A DNA stretch of 64,000 nucleotides. Origin: Escherichia phage CMSTMSU. Where the stretch lies: sequence record MH494197.1; one strand, 5' to 3'. The notes under the pieces are model-generated. The model saw only the letters and a list, made by a program, of their open reading frames with translations, was not told where the DNA came from and ran no database searches. A program made the position numbers and the translations under genes. Shown one piece after another: positions 39,409 to 52,300 of this stretch (positions within the stretch are counted from its first letter, which is position 1; every line of letters starts with the position of its first letter).

Positions 39409-39870
39409 CTAAACTTTTTGTACATCAGATGGATACTTGCTAATGTAATCACGGTCAATACCGACTTTCAGATAGGTAAAGTTTCCGGTTAAGGTTTCAG
39501 CGAATGTACCAGTTGTACCTTGTTCTCTAATAAGGTCACCGCCATTTGGGTTAAGAATGACATTATCAGTAAATTCAAGATAGAAGTTGCAGCTTTCGGT
39601 AAATTTAATTGGGAACCAATCATCGTCAGATGGATTACTTGCCAGTGTAGCGAGTACGTAAATTCTACCAATGAAGTTACGTAGGGTAAAGGATATTGTA
39701 TGTAATCCTGTAGTACTACCATAATAGCCGCCACTAGCTAATGGTAATGTTTGTTCGTTCCAATGATAATCTAAGTTAGCAGGATACCAGCTATCTGATT
39801 CAGGAAATTCTTGCCATGAACCATCTTTAGTTTTTCTTTTGAAGAGGAAGTCTTTTGATCTTAATGCCAT
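39409..39870 (-). CDS. Hypothetical protein, 153 aa, intact
   Basis: ORF 39409..39870; AAAAGGG SD; TAAATA core on minus strand in divergent intergenic region 39871..39979. Confidence 0.5.
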   Translation of the reverse strand: MALRSKDFLFKRKTKDGSWQEFPESDSWYPANLDYHWNEQTLPLASGGYYGSTTGLHTISFTLRNFIGRIYVLATLASNPSDDDWFPIKFTESCNFYLEFTDNVILNPNGGDLIREQGTTGTFAETLTGNFTYLKVGIDRDYISKYPSDVQKV

Positions 39871-39979
39871 TGTTAAGCCCTTTTAGTAGTGAACTTTCAT
39901 TTATTTATTAATGGCAACGAAATGTATTTTGTACTGATAAATATTGGTATATGACATTAACTCATACAAGGGAAATATT

Positions 39980-41105
39980 ATGACAATTTCATTCAACAAT
40001 GGGTCAGGTGGTTCATGTAATAATTCTGGCATCAAAAGTTTAGTTATTAACGCTGCTGGACATTTAATTGTAACCTATTCCGACAATACAATCCAAGACC
40101 TAGGTCTAGTGGTTGGACAAAATGGTGCTAACGGTAGAAACTTTTATCCAAATGAGATAGGTTTTGAAGTTCCTAATGAACTCTTCCGTGTTGGTGAAGA
40201 ACTAGGGTGGTGTTATCTTAGTCTTGCAAACGGCACTAGTACTTTATATTTTAAATCAAACGATGCCCAAGAAACAATTAGTACTTGGAACCGTGTAGAG
40301 TTTGGTAAAGGTGATACTGGTGAAGCTGGTAAACCATTCCACATTGACAGTTCTGGTACGGCGTTTCCAACAACTGGTCTTTTCGATAATTACACATTCT
40401 ATAATACTGAAGATGGTAAATTATATTTCTATCAAAGCGTAACTGCAACATGGAGTGATGGTATTCCTTTCCGTGGTGAACAAGGTCTACGTGGTCGTTT
40501 CCATATTGATAGTACTGGTAGTCAATTCCCAAGCATTGATAATCTACCACAAGATTATTGCTTCTATAACACGACAGATGGTAATTTGTATTATGTCGAT
40601 ATCGTAACTACATCATCAACCCCAACTAAAGAGTGGAGTGCTGGTATCTTATTCCGTGGAAAAGACGGTGAAGAAGGTAAGCAAGGTGAACAAGGTATTC
40701 AGGGTGAACGGTAAAGATACAGTTGTTATCATCAACACTATTGATCATTCATGGACTAACGCATTGTTAGTTATTGGTACATGCCCTGCTGGATACCTAG
40801 TAACTAATATCGAAGTTGATATTAACCAAGCATATGATGAACCAGTAAATGAAATGTTTGTACGTTTCGGTGGTGAAGCACAAGAAGATATTGGTGGTAC
40901 TGTAATTGCACCTGTTGATTATTTCGATATCAACCGCAAAATGCGTTACATTGTTAACGAAACCAACCACGAAGTATCAAGTAAAGATGAAATCATTTCT
41001 TGTGTATTCAATGATTCCGTAAACAACAGTTCATTTGGTGAAATGAAGATCGTTTGTACTTTATCATGGCAAGCACCTATTCAGCCTATTCAAGATAACA
41101 TTTAA
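39980..41105 (+). CDS. Fiber-like protein with internally duplicated module and short collagen-like G-X-Y run
   Basis: Two copies of FHID..G..FP...Y.FYNT.DG.LY...FRGEQG; GKDGEEGKQGEQGIQGE; joined to ORF 40638..41105 by one frame break; AAGGGA SD before ATG 39980. Confidence 0.5.
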
Positions 41106-41116
41106 AGAGGGTTGAT

Positions 41117-43207
41117 AAATGGCAGTTTTTCCAATTTAGAAGGGACCATGATGCCAACATTCAAGTTGGGTAAACGTGGTGCTTCTATTAATTTTGTAAA
41201 CGATTCTGTCGCAATCAAAGACTTTTAGGCGAAACGTTCCTACCTGTTAAGGTGGGAACTCCTAATGACGATGATTCCGCAGTAAACGTTAGGTATCTTG
41301 AAGATAACCCAAATGCTTTATTTGGCGTACTTCCACCAACAAATGACATTGGTAAAAATAACAACACTTATTTTCAAGTTGATTCTGAGGGTATTGTTGA
41401 TATCTTTGCAAAACAAATGATGTTTGGGTAAAATCATTATACATTAATAAAAATGTCCTTTCCAGTGTTAACGGTGCTGATTATATCGGACTTATTACTG
41501 GAGGAACACTTCAACAGGCACAGTTTTACATAACACCAGAAGAGTTTGGTGCAAAGGTGATGGCATCACTGATGACACGGCGGCGTTAACGCATGTGCAG
41601 TTTATGCTAAAGAACACAAAATCCAAATTCAAGCTGGTGGTAATTATCGTATCAGAACTGCTGTTTATTTGAATGATATTCAATGGTTTGGTGGTACAAT
41701 CACTGGTAACGGTGGCACAATGGTATCGGTACTGAATAGTACAATCCAACAAGCAACATTAACAGGATGTTATTTAAAATTCTTTGGTGGTAATGGTAAA
41801 TTTTATTTTAATAAATTTATTAATATTACAAGTACTGCTGCATTTCTAATGCAAGGTATGACTGAATCAGGTACTATCGACTTCTGCTTTAATGAAATGA
41901 CACAATGTAAGTACGGTGTTCTTCAGCAAGGCACTGGTGAAAAATGACAGTTGGGCGTTATTCATACAACCACATCCATGATATATATGGTGATGCAATT
42001 GAATTGAACGTAGTCAACTCACATTACCCAGACGGATTTGTAATAGAAGGCAACTTGATTGAAAACGTAGATGGTACAAATGCACCAATTCCTCTTTCAA
42101 ACTGGGGTATTGGTATCGGTGTTGCAGGTTCTGGTCCTTATGATGTGAATGCTGATGATTCACAATATGTAAAAAATTCGTTATAAAAATAACCGCTTGT
42201 ACAATGTCCGTCAATGTATTCACGTTGAGTTGGGTAAAGACTTTAAAATTCTCAATAATGAAGTTTATCCATCAACGTTGGTATCAATTGGTACTGGTTT
42301 GACAACCGCTGGTGTAATTACTTATGGTTCTGTTGATTTTATTATTGATGGCCTATCTGGGCATCTATTAAATGATCCATCAGTAACTAACCGTATGGTT
42401 TCTATTAACTGGGGCGTAACATCTGGTAAATTTGCTGGTCCTCCACGAAACTTTAAATTATGTAATCTCCACATTCCTGAGTCGTCTATTATTGTGTATA
42501 CTTCAGGCTCTGATAATTGGCTAAATACTACTGAACTTTCTAATATTACATGTAGTAGAATTCAATGGCGTGGATTGCCGTCATCTTCCAAGTTTAATAA
42601 TATCAGTACTAAAGAACTTGATGTTATTGGACAACACCTTGCAACTGAAGGTGAAGGAGGGGCTTATATACTCGCTCTAAATATACATATACCAACTGGA
42701 CTAATTGTGTTGTTCAAGATGATTGTAACATATCAAAATATAGTTTCTCAAGAATGTATGTTGACCGTATTGACCAATCATCTAATAACTTTAAAGTAAC
42801 CACTGCAATTGATGGAACGGGTCATCGTGGACCTGTAGTAATACCTGTAGTTGAACAGTATTACGTGCCTTATGATGTTTTTCCGGTGGGAGATATTTCC
42901 CAACAGGAACAATTATCCATAAACAATCAGGTGGAAAATTTATTGTTACAGTAGGTGGTTCTTTCTTTGGTCGATATGACACAATTAGACAAACAGTTGC
43001 AGGACAAACTTATATCGAAGCATTGGGTGTATCATGGGGTGATAATCAATATGCTAAAGCTGCTGGAACCGAAATCCTAATCACAGGAGCAGGGGAAAAT
43101 GGCGAAGATTTAAAACATATATCACTAGAGCAGTTTATGTTGTTAATAATGCGTATCGTATCGATATTGCCGATCCGATTGTTACTGCTACCGCAGCAGG
43201 GCATTAT
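41117..43207 (+). CDS. Tail fiber/tailspike with pectate-lyase-type beta-helix (depolymerase-like) motif; frame-broken
   Basis: PEEFGAKGDGITDDTAAL motif typical of right-handed beta-helix polysaccharide depolymerases; N-terminus MAVFSNLEGTM restored by one homopolymer correction. Confidence 0.5.
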
Positions 43208-43262
43208 TGAAAGCTGCTCAACCAATAACATATATCACCCTATCTTAAAGGAGATTATAAAA

Positions 43263-44157
43263 ATGGCAGTTTTTCTAATTTAGAAGGAACCATGAAGAAG
43301 ACCTTCATACTTGGTAAAAATGGTGCACAAATTGCCACTAATGGTAATGTTGTTCAAATCCAGAACTACACGGGTACACAACTTCTTCCTGTTTCAGCAG
43401 GTGACCCAACCGCAAATACACACTTGGTTACATTGGGTTATTTGAATACACATAGCGGTGGTGGTGGCGGTTCCGGTATTTTACGTGGAACTATTGCACC
43501 ATCTGAATCAATCGGTGTAGATGGTGACGCTTACTTCTTAGTTGACAGTACTAATATTATTCAGATCTATATTAAAGACCTTGGTGTTTGGAAGCCTCTC
43601 CAAAGCACAACTCCGTACTGATAGTTCTTACGTTACTACTGAAATCGTTCCTGTATCGGCATTTACATTAGTTCACGGAACAACAGATCAATATACTTAT
43701 TCTTTACCTGAATCAGTACATGGTCGTGGTCCAGATATTATGGTTCAGCTACAGGGTGATCCCGGTAACATCCCACTTGACACTGTATTCCAAACTAACG
43801 TCACTGTGAGTGGTATTGGTGACATTACGATTGATGTTATTGGTCAAATTACTGAATACACAAGTGTCAAAGTCAACATCATAGGAGCAACAACAATGAC
43901 AGTACCTTATAGTAAATTAATTAATATAGCAGATTGGGTAGCATCTGGTGATGATTACACCATTACTGTTCCAGCGTCAGAACATAACCAAACACCTGAC
44001 AATTTGTATATTTCTATATATTCAAATAAAACACCGCAGTACAGCAGCATCACCATTTGAACTGGTAATAACCGAAACTCAAATTGATGCAAGTGGTAAT
44101 GTTACATTCACTTCTGATGAAGCGTTTAGTGGTAAAATAGTAATTTCCGGTAAATAA
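43263..44157 (+). CDS. Second fiber protein sharing the MAVFSNLEGTM N-terminus, divergent C-terminal part
   Basis: ORFs 43292..43621, 43542..44060, 43948..44157 chain by frame switches; leader nearly identical to 41103..41152. Confidence 0.5.
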
Positions 44158-44164
44158 AAAATAA

Positions 44165-44196
44165 TCCAGACTGCGTTCCATCGAGTCTGGATTTTT
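44165..44196 (+). terminator. Rho-independent terminator
   Basis: ATCCAGACT-loop-AGTCTGGAT hairpin followed by TTTTTAT. Confidence 0.6.
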
Positions 44197-44271
44197 ATAT
44201 TAATAACTAAATATATGTATATTAACAAGGTCAAATGTATTTTATGCTTTTGCCTATTTGGAGGGAACTAA

Positions 44272-47200
44272 ATGTACTCGATTAAAACAGATCTAGATAT
44301 AACTGGTGGTGCAACGGTTGGTAAAGATCTTCTTGTGAAAGGCGATGCAGTATTCAATAAAAATCTAACAGTTAATGGAACTGTAACTTTTGCTGACGCT
44401 GTATTCACTGCAATTGAAGCAGGAACTGTAGACATTTCATCTACACTAGATGTTGCTGGTAAAGCATCATTGAATGGTGGAATTGAAGTTCATGGTAATT
44501 CCGTAATTGGTAATTTGCCTGTTGGCTCTGATACTGCAACGATTAATTCTAATGCACAATTCCAAAGCCCAGTATCAATGGCAGGTAACCTAACACAAAC
44601 CGCTGGCACTGCTGTACTAAAAGATACCCAAGTGGCATCAATGGATGTTCTTGGAACTTCTTCATTTAAAGGTAATATTACTGCTGAAACTGGCACTACC
44701 GCAGCATTTGACAAAATAACTGCAACTGATGCAACATTCACAAACACTGCAACTACTGATATCACATCAACTGGAACTGCAAACTTTAAAGATGTGAATA
44801 TTTCCGGTACACTAGGTGGAACATTTAGTCTATCTGATGTTAATGCAACAACTCTAACTGTTTCTGGTTTAACCAGTCTACAAGGTGGTGTTACATTAGG
44901 TTCCAACATTACTGGTGTGAATAGTAGTGCAAACTTCCGTGATATTAAAATTGGTTCCAATGCTGCAAACACTAACTACCGTTTGAGCTTTAACTATTCT
45001 GCTCCAAGTCTTCGCCCAACTGTAATTCTACAGAACGAAATCCAATCAGAATTGATGTCTCCAGCTACCCTAAGTGTATTGAAAACTGCATCTTTTGGTG
45101 ATTCGTCATTATCCACTTTTGGTATTACTGGTAATGGTCTAAACAAACTAGATTACCTAACAGTATCTGGTAACTCTGTTCAAGATCCAGCAACTCCACT
45201 ATTACAAGTAACTTCAGGTAAAACTAAAGTTCATGATTTCGAAGTAACAGGAACTGCAACTATTCCTAACATTGAAAGTACTGGTACTGCTAATTTTAAT
45301 AACATCAACGTATCTGGTACACTCGGCGGTACTTTCAGTCTTGATGATATTGAAGCAAACACTCTAACTGTTTCTGGATTAACTAGCCTTGTTGGTGGTG
45401 TAACTTTAGGTGCTGATATTTCCGGTGCTAATAGTACTGCTAATTTTAAAGCAGTAAGTTTAGGACAAAACGCAGCCGATGCTAACGTTAAGTATGGTTT
45501 TGCTTATTCTGCCCGGTGCTCGTCCAACTGTAATTCTACAAAATGAAATTCAGTCTGAACTAGTATCTCCAGCAGTACTAAATGTACAAAAACTGCTACC
45601 TTTGGTGATGCATCTCTTGCAACCTATGGTATCACAGGTAACGGTCTAAACAAACTAGATTATCTATCTATTACTGGTAATGGTACACAAAGTCCAGCTA
45701 CCCCACAACTACAAGTAGCTGGTAAATCAGTACTAAATGATGTTGAATTCACTGGTACTGTAACTGGTCTAACTGTTGATGTGAGTGGACAAGATCTAAC
45801 TCCTAAATCAGTAGTTGCTGCTGAAGCAATCAAAGGTCAAACCCTTGAATCAGTTGGTCAAACCACCGTAGGAACTAACCTACAAGTTGGTGGAACTGCT
45901 AATGTTGTTGGTGCACTAACTGGTACTGCTGCTACCTTCACTGGTGATGTAAGTGCTGCTAAAGGTACTTTCAGTGGTGATGTTAGCGTTACTGGTCAAA
46001 CTGTAACTGTACGTGATTTAGTAGTAACTGGTACAACTACTGGTGTAACTGCCCAAGCTGATGTTGATGGTCTTGATATCGCCCCAAATAAAGTTGATGT
46101 TACAACAACACTATCTGTTGCTGGGGACACTACTTTAGCTGGCCTAACTGCTAGTTCAGTAACCAGTACTGGTGATGTTACTGGTGCGTCTGTATCTGGT
46201 AATACAGTAACTGCGGCTGGTGCACTATCTGGTGGTTCTCTTGCAGTAACTGGTGCTGGTTCTATGGCTTCACTAACTGTTCCAAGTATTACTGGTGACA
46301 CTACTTTTGCTAATAACGTAACTATTACTGGAACACTAACTCCGAGTAGTATAGATTTAAGCACTACTGATGTAAGTGCTGCTTCTTTAACAACTACTGG
46401 TAACGTAACTGTTGGTGGTTCTCTTGCAGTAACTGGTGCTATTGATTTGTCTGCTGCTGATGTAGTAACAAAATCAGTTAGTGCAACTAACCCAAGTACA
46501 TTTGGTGTAATTAATGCATCTTCTGTTGTCGCAACTGGTGACGTTTCAGGTGGCACTCTAACTACTACTGGTGCAGCGAAAGTAGGAACACTAACTAGTA
46601 CTGGTGTAGTATCTGGTTCGCGTTTGTCTTCTGGTACTGCAACAATCTCAACTTCTGTAACAGTTCCAACTTTACAAGCTGAAGCTGCTGGTGCTGGTAC
46701 ACTAAATCTAGCAAGTAATGTTGTCGCGGCAAAGATCTAACTGTCACTGGTGTATTCAAACCTGAAGGTGGTCTTGACCTAACAACTGTTGATATTACTG
46801 CAAACTCACTAACTACTACTGCTGATGTTAATGTTGGTGGAAACTTAGTAGTTGATGGTACTTTTGACCTAAGTGCTGCTGATGTGTCTGTGAAATCTCT
46901 TGCAAGTGCAGAGACAATTACAAGTGCTGGTGTTATTACCGTTACCGATTCAACCAATACTAGTTCGTTACCTAAAATTACTTCAACTGATGCAACACTC
47001 TTTACAGTAAATGCAGGTACTATTAATGCAACTGGCAACAGTGTACTACAAAGTGTATCAGCTACTCAAGTAACTGCAACTAGTGCTGAATTGACTGGTG
47101 TTGGTCTTGGTCTTCAAGTCGATAATGATGCAAACGTTGGTGGTGCATTATCTGTTGGTGGAATCGCAACTGTTGGTTCTTTAACAACAACTGCTGCTTC

Positions 47201-49201
47201 TCTTAATATTGCAAAAATACTGCAATCACTGGTGATTTAGCTGTATCTGGCACACTAACTGCTGGTTCAATCGACCTAAGCAATACTGATGTAACCGTTA
47301 AATCTCTTGATTCACTAGGTAACGCACACATTGCTGGTGACCTAACTGTAGATGGTGCATTCGACTTAAGTGCAACTAACCTTGTAGCTGCAAGTCTAGC
47401 AAGTACTGGTTCTACTACTGTTGGAACTGATCTAGTACTAACAACTGGTGTTGTGACTGGTAGCCCAGCTATCTCTGGTAATACAACAATCGGTGGAACT
47501 CTTGGTGTAACTGGTGCTGTTAACCTAACTGATATTGTTAATATCGGTAAGAAAGTAACAGTGAGTACTGGTGGTATTCAGGTAGTTGATGGTGGTATCA
47601 ATACTAACACAATTAACGTTTCTGGTGCTTCTACTCTAGCAGGAACTTCCATTACTGGAACTTTAGGTGTAACTGGTGCTTCTACTCTAGCAGGTGTATC
47701 TGCGACATCACTAACAGTTTCTGGTGACAGTACTGTTCAGAAACTAACTGTCCAAGGTGAATTGATCCCACAAGGTGGTCTTGACCTAAGCGGTGCAGAC
47801 ATTACTGCTAATAGTCTAACTACTGCAACAACTATCAATGCAACTGGCCTAAGTACTCTAAGTGGTGGTGTTAGTACTTCTACTGTGACTGCATCTGGTC
47901 TAGCAACTGTTGGAAGTTTAACTTCTACTGCAAACGCATCAGTTGGTGGCAATTTGGGTGTAACTGGAACTCTAGATGTTACTGGTGCTACTACTGTATC
48001 TTCACTAACAGCTACTGGTGCAGTGAAAACTGGCACAACCCTAACTGTTGGTACTCCAGTTGGTGAACAACCTGAAACTGTACAGATCATTCCAGATACT
48101 TATATTGCTGGTAAATTGCGTGTAATCGGCGGTATTAACGCTGAAATCGACGTAAGTGGTCAAACACTAGAACCATATGCAATTGAAGCTGCTGCAACAC
48201 TATCTGCTGTTGGTAACATTACTTCTGGTGCAACCATCGTTTCTAAAGCTGCAACAATTGGTGATGTTGGTTCACAAAACAACAACCTAACTGTTAATGG
48301 TAACGTAGTAACTAATGGTGACTTCACCGTTACTGGTGTACTAAATGCACAATTGAACCAAGCAGATTCCGATGTAGCTGTTAAATCTTTAACTGCAACT
48401 AATAACGTTGCGGCTGGTACTTCAATCACTGCTGGAACATCCATCACTGCATCAGGCTTACTAAAAGGTAATTCGTTAGAAGTCACCACTACTGGTTCAT
48501 TTGGTGGTGCAGTAACTATGTCAAGTGGTGCAAACATCACTGGTACTGTTGGTATCACTGCTGGTGACCTAACAGTAGGTGGTAATATCTCTGCAACTGG
48601 GACTGCTGGATTCGGTGCAACAACCGTTTCTACCATTACAACATCAGGTTTAGCTACACTTGCAAGTGCATCTGTAACTGGTGCTCTAACTGTAGGTGGT
48701 ACATTAACTGCAAATGGTAACACTGTGATTGGTGATGCTGCTGCTGATACTTTAACTGTAAATGCAACATCGACATTTAAAGAGAACGCAACATTTGATA
48801 AGAACCTAACAGTGACTGGTTCTATTAACACCACCACTGCAAACTTCACCACAAACAACATGGTAACTAAGAAATATTCTGTTATCCCTGCTAGTGTTAC
48901 TGCTTCTACTGCTGCTGTAGGTGGTACTTGGACACCAGATGGTACTACTAACGTATATCGCTTAACTCTTGACCAAAGTGTTACAATGGATTCCATCGCG
49001 GGTCTAATTGGTAGTGGTCAAGCATGTTCAGTGTATATCTATGTAACTCCATCTGTTGCTGATACTACTTTCACCTTCGGTGGTGCATACTCTGTAGTTT
49101 CTGGTACAGTAAGTGCTGTAGTTGGTCAAACAAGTATTATCCAAGTAATCTATGATGGTTTCAGTACTGTGTTTGATACCTTCGTTGCACAACGTGTATA
49201 A
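44272..49201 (+). CDS. Giant repetitive fiber protein A (about 1640 codons), Thr/Gly/Val/Ala/Ser-rich, frame-broken
   Basis: ORFs 44272..45546, 45781..46740, 46884..47240, 47453..49201 chain; GGAGGGA SD; starts MYSIKTDLD; ends ...VIYDGFSTVFDTFVAQRV. Confidence 0.6.
45781..46140 (+). repeat. Segment of fiber A nearly identical at nucleotide level to 50701..51130 in fiber B
   Basis: GTGAGTGGACAAGATCTAACTCCTAAATCAGTAGTTGCTGCTGAAGCAATCAAAGGTCAAAC... present in both genes. Confidence 0.7.
48040..49201 (+). repeat. C-terminal module of fiber A, paralogous to 53860..55050 of fiber B
   Basis: Long near-identical runs, e.g. CCTGAAACTGTACAGAT...TTCACAAAACAACAACCTAA...CATCACTGGTAC. Confidence 0.65.
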
Positions 49202-49220
49202 CATTTTAAATTAATAATTA

Positions 49221-49250
49221 AAGCCAACTAAAATAGTTGGCTTTTTCTTT
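49221..49250 (+). terminator. Rho-independent terminator
   Basis: AAGCCAACTA-AAAT-AGTTGGCTT followed by TTTTCTTT. Confidence 0.65.
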
Positions 49251-49347
49251 GTATTAGATAATAGTGTTTTGTGAATTAAACTAAATATAAGTATATTAAC
49301 AAAAGATGGGTTATGAATATATAGTTCATCGTTATAGGAGGGACTCT

Positions 49348-52300
49348 ATGTACTCGATTAAAACGGATCTTGATGTATCTGGTAATTCCACGGTAGGTAA
49401 GGATCTTTTGGTCAAAGGTAATGCAGTATTCAGTAATGACCTAACGGTTAATGGGGAAGTGTCTTTTGCTAACGCAGTATTCACTGCAATTACCGCTGGT
49501 TCTGTGAATGTCACAGGTGCATTGGATGTTGCTGGTAAGGCAACCTTATCCGGTGGTGCTGATGTTTCAGGTGCTGCGACATTTGCAGGAAACATTACTG
49601 CTGCTGACGGCACAACTGCAAAATTTGATAACTTAGAAGCTAATTCAGGATCATTTAATTCTGTTGAATCAACTGATATTACTTCAACTGGCACAGCAAC
49701 TTTTAAAGATGTAAACATTTCTGGTACACTTGGTGGTACTTTTAATCTTTCTGATATTAATGCTACAACACTTAATGTGTCTGGTGCTTCAGCACTAACT
49801 GGTTCAGTCACATTGGGTGCAAATATCACTGGTCTTGCAAGTACTGCAAACTTCCGTGATATTCGTATCGGGCCTAATGAAGAAGGTCAAGCATATAGAC
49901 TAAACTTTGGTTACACCGTTCGGACAACGACCAACCGTTCTTCTACAGAACGAAGTTCAATCCGAACTAATGTCTCCTGCTAAGTTGAATGTTCTACAAA
50001 CTGCAACATTTGGTGATTCTTCACTTTCAACTTACGGTATTACAGGTAATGGTTTAAACAAATTAGATTATGTAACTATTTCTGGTAACGCAATTCAATC
50101 ACCAACCACTCCTTTACTTGAAGTAACTAAAGGTAAAACTAAAGTTGTTGATTTAGAAGTGACTGGCGTAGCAACTATTCCTAATATCGAAAGTTCTGGT
50201 ACTGCAAACTTTAACAACATCAACGTATCTGGTACTATTGGTGGTAGTTTTGATTTAGATGATATCCAAGCAACAACATTATCAGTATCCGGTGCTTCAG
50301 CACTAACTGGTGCAGTTACATTGGGTGCAAACATCACTGGTCTAGCAAGTACTGCAACATTCAAAGCAATCAATTTGGGTCAAAATACCGCTGATGCTAA
50401 CGTTAAGCTAGGTTTTGCATATACTGCACCTAGTGCACGTCCAACAGTCTTGTTAGCAAACGAAGTTCAATCTGAACTAATGTCTCCTGCTAAGTTGAAC
50501 GTTCTACAAACTGCAACCTTCGGTTCTGCTGCACTATCTACCTATGGTATTACTGGTAATGGTCTAAACAAATTAGATTATCTAACAATTACTGGTAACG
50601 CAACACAAAACCCTGCTACTCCACAACTTCAAGTTGGTGGTAAAGCAATTCTTAATGATGTTGAATTTACAGGTACTGTAACTGGCCTAACTGTTGATGT
50701 GAGTGGACAAGATCTAACTCCTAAATCAGTAGTTGCTGCTGAAGCAATCAAAGGTCAAACTCTTGAATCAGTTGGTCAAACAACTGTAGGTTCATCTCTA
50801 CAAGTTGGTGGTACTGCAACTGTTACTGGTGCATTATCTGCTGCCGCTGGTACTTTCAGTGGTGATGTTAGTGGTTCTAAAGGTATCTTCAGTGATAGCG
50901 TATCCGGTACAAGTGCAACCTTTACTGGGGATGTTAGCGGTGATAACGCAACCTTTAGTGGCGATTTATCTGCTGTAGCTGGCACTTTCAGTGGTGATGT
51001 AACCGTAACTGGTCAAACAATCACTGTTAAAGACTTGGTAGTAACTGGAACTTCAACTGGTGTAACTGCAATCGCTGACGTTGACGGTCTTGATATTGCT
51101 CCAAACAAAGTTGATGTTACAACAACTCTATCTGTTGCTGGTGAATCAACTCTTGCTGGTGTTACAGCAACTTCAATCAATAGTACTGGTGCAATTGCAG
51201 GTACTGCAATTTCTGGCTCTACTATTACAGCAACTGGTGAAATTTCTGGTGCATCATCTGTAGTAACTGGTCTTTCTAAATCTGGTAGCGTTGAAACTGG
51301 TGCTCTAAAGGCATCTTCTGTTGAAACTGCAATCATTAGCAACACTGCTGGTGTGTCAATAACAAACAACACTTCAATTGCAGGTAATCTATCTGTAACT
51401 GGAACTGTTACCCCGTGCAATTGACCTAAGTACTACTGATATTGATGCTAAGTCTCTAACAACTACTGAAGGTGCTAACATTGGTGGTGACCTAGTTGTT
51501 GCAGGTACAGTTGATCTAAGTGCTGCTGACGTTGCTGTTAAATCTCTAACCAGTACTGGTGCAGTTATTAGTTCTGAAGGTACAGTAAGTAGTGTTCTAC
51601 CTAAACTTTCCAGTACTGAAGCTAATATTACCACAGTAACTGCAACCACTGCAAATGCTACCACACTAAATGTAACTGGTACATCAACTCTAGCTGGTGT
51701 TAACGCTTCTGGTGCTATTACTTCTGCAACTAACATTACCGCTACTGGTGTATTAAAGGTGCATCTGTTGAAACTGCGTCAATCAGCAATGCTGATGGTG
51801 TAGCAATTAACAATAACACTACAATCACTGGTAATTTGGACGTATCTGGGACATTGACCCGTGCAATTGACCTAAGTACTACTGATATTAGTTCTAAGTC
51901 TCTAACCACAACTGAAGGTGCTACAATTGGTGGCGATCTTGTGGTAGCAGGTACTGTTGATCTAAGTGCTGCTGATGTGTCGGTGAAATCTCTTGCAAGT
52001 GCAGAGACAATTACAAGTGCTGGTGTTATTACAGTTTCGGATACAGTGAATTCTAGCACTCTACCAAAACTAATTACTACTGATGCAACTATTGGTGCTG
52101 TCCATGCAGCTACTATTGAAACAACTGGTTCAAGTACACTAAAACAAGTATCTGCTACTGAAGTAACAGCTACAAGTATTGTACTAAATTCAGTTGGTGA
52201 AGGTTTACGTGTTGACAATAATGCAAACATTAATGGTATATTAAGTGTTAATAATATTACTTCTACCAATGATACTATTGCAATTGCGAAAAGTGCTGCT

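Noticed and set aside
41117-43294. Six-codon mini-ORFs MAVFPI / MAVFLI as genuine leader peptides
   Set aside because: A single-T adjustment in the T5 run restores an identical 11-residue N-terminus continuous with both fiber ORFs, so a homopolymer miscall is the simpler explanation; kept as an alternative in findings.
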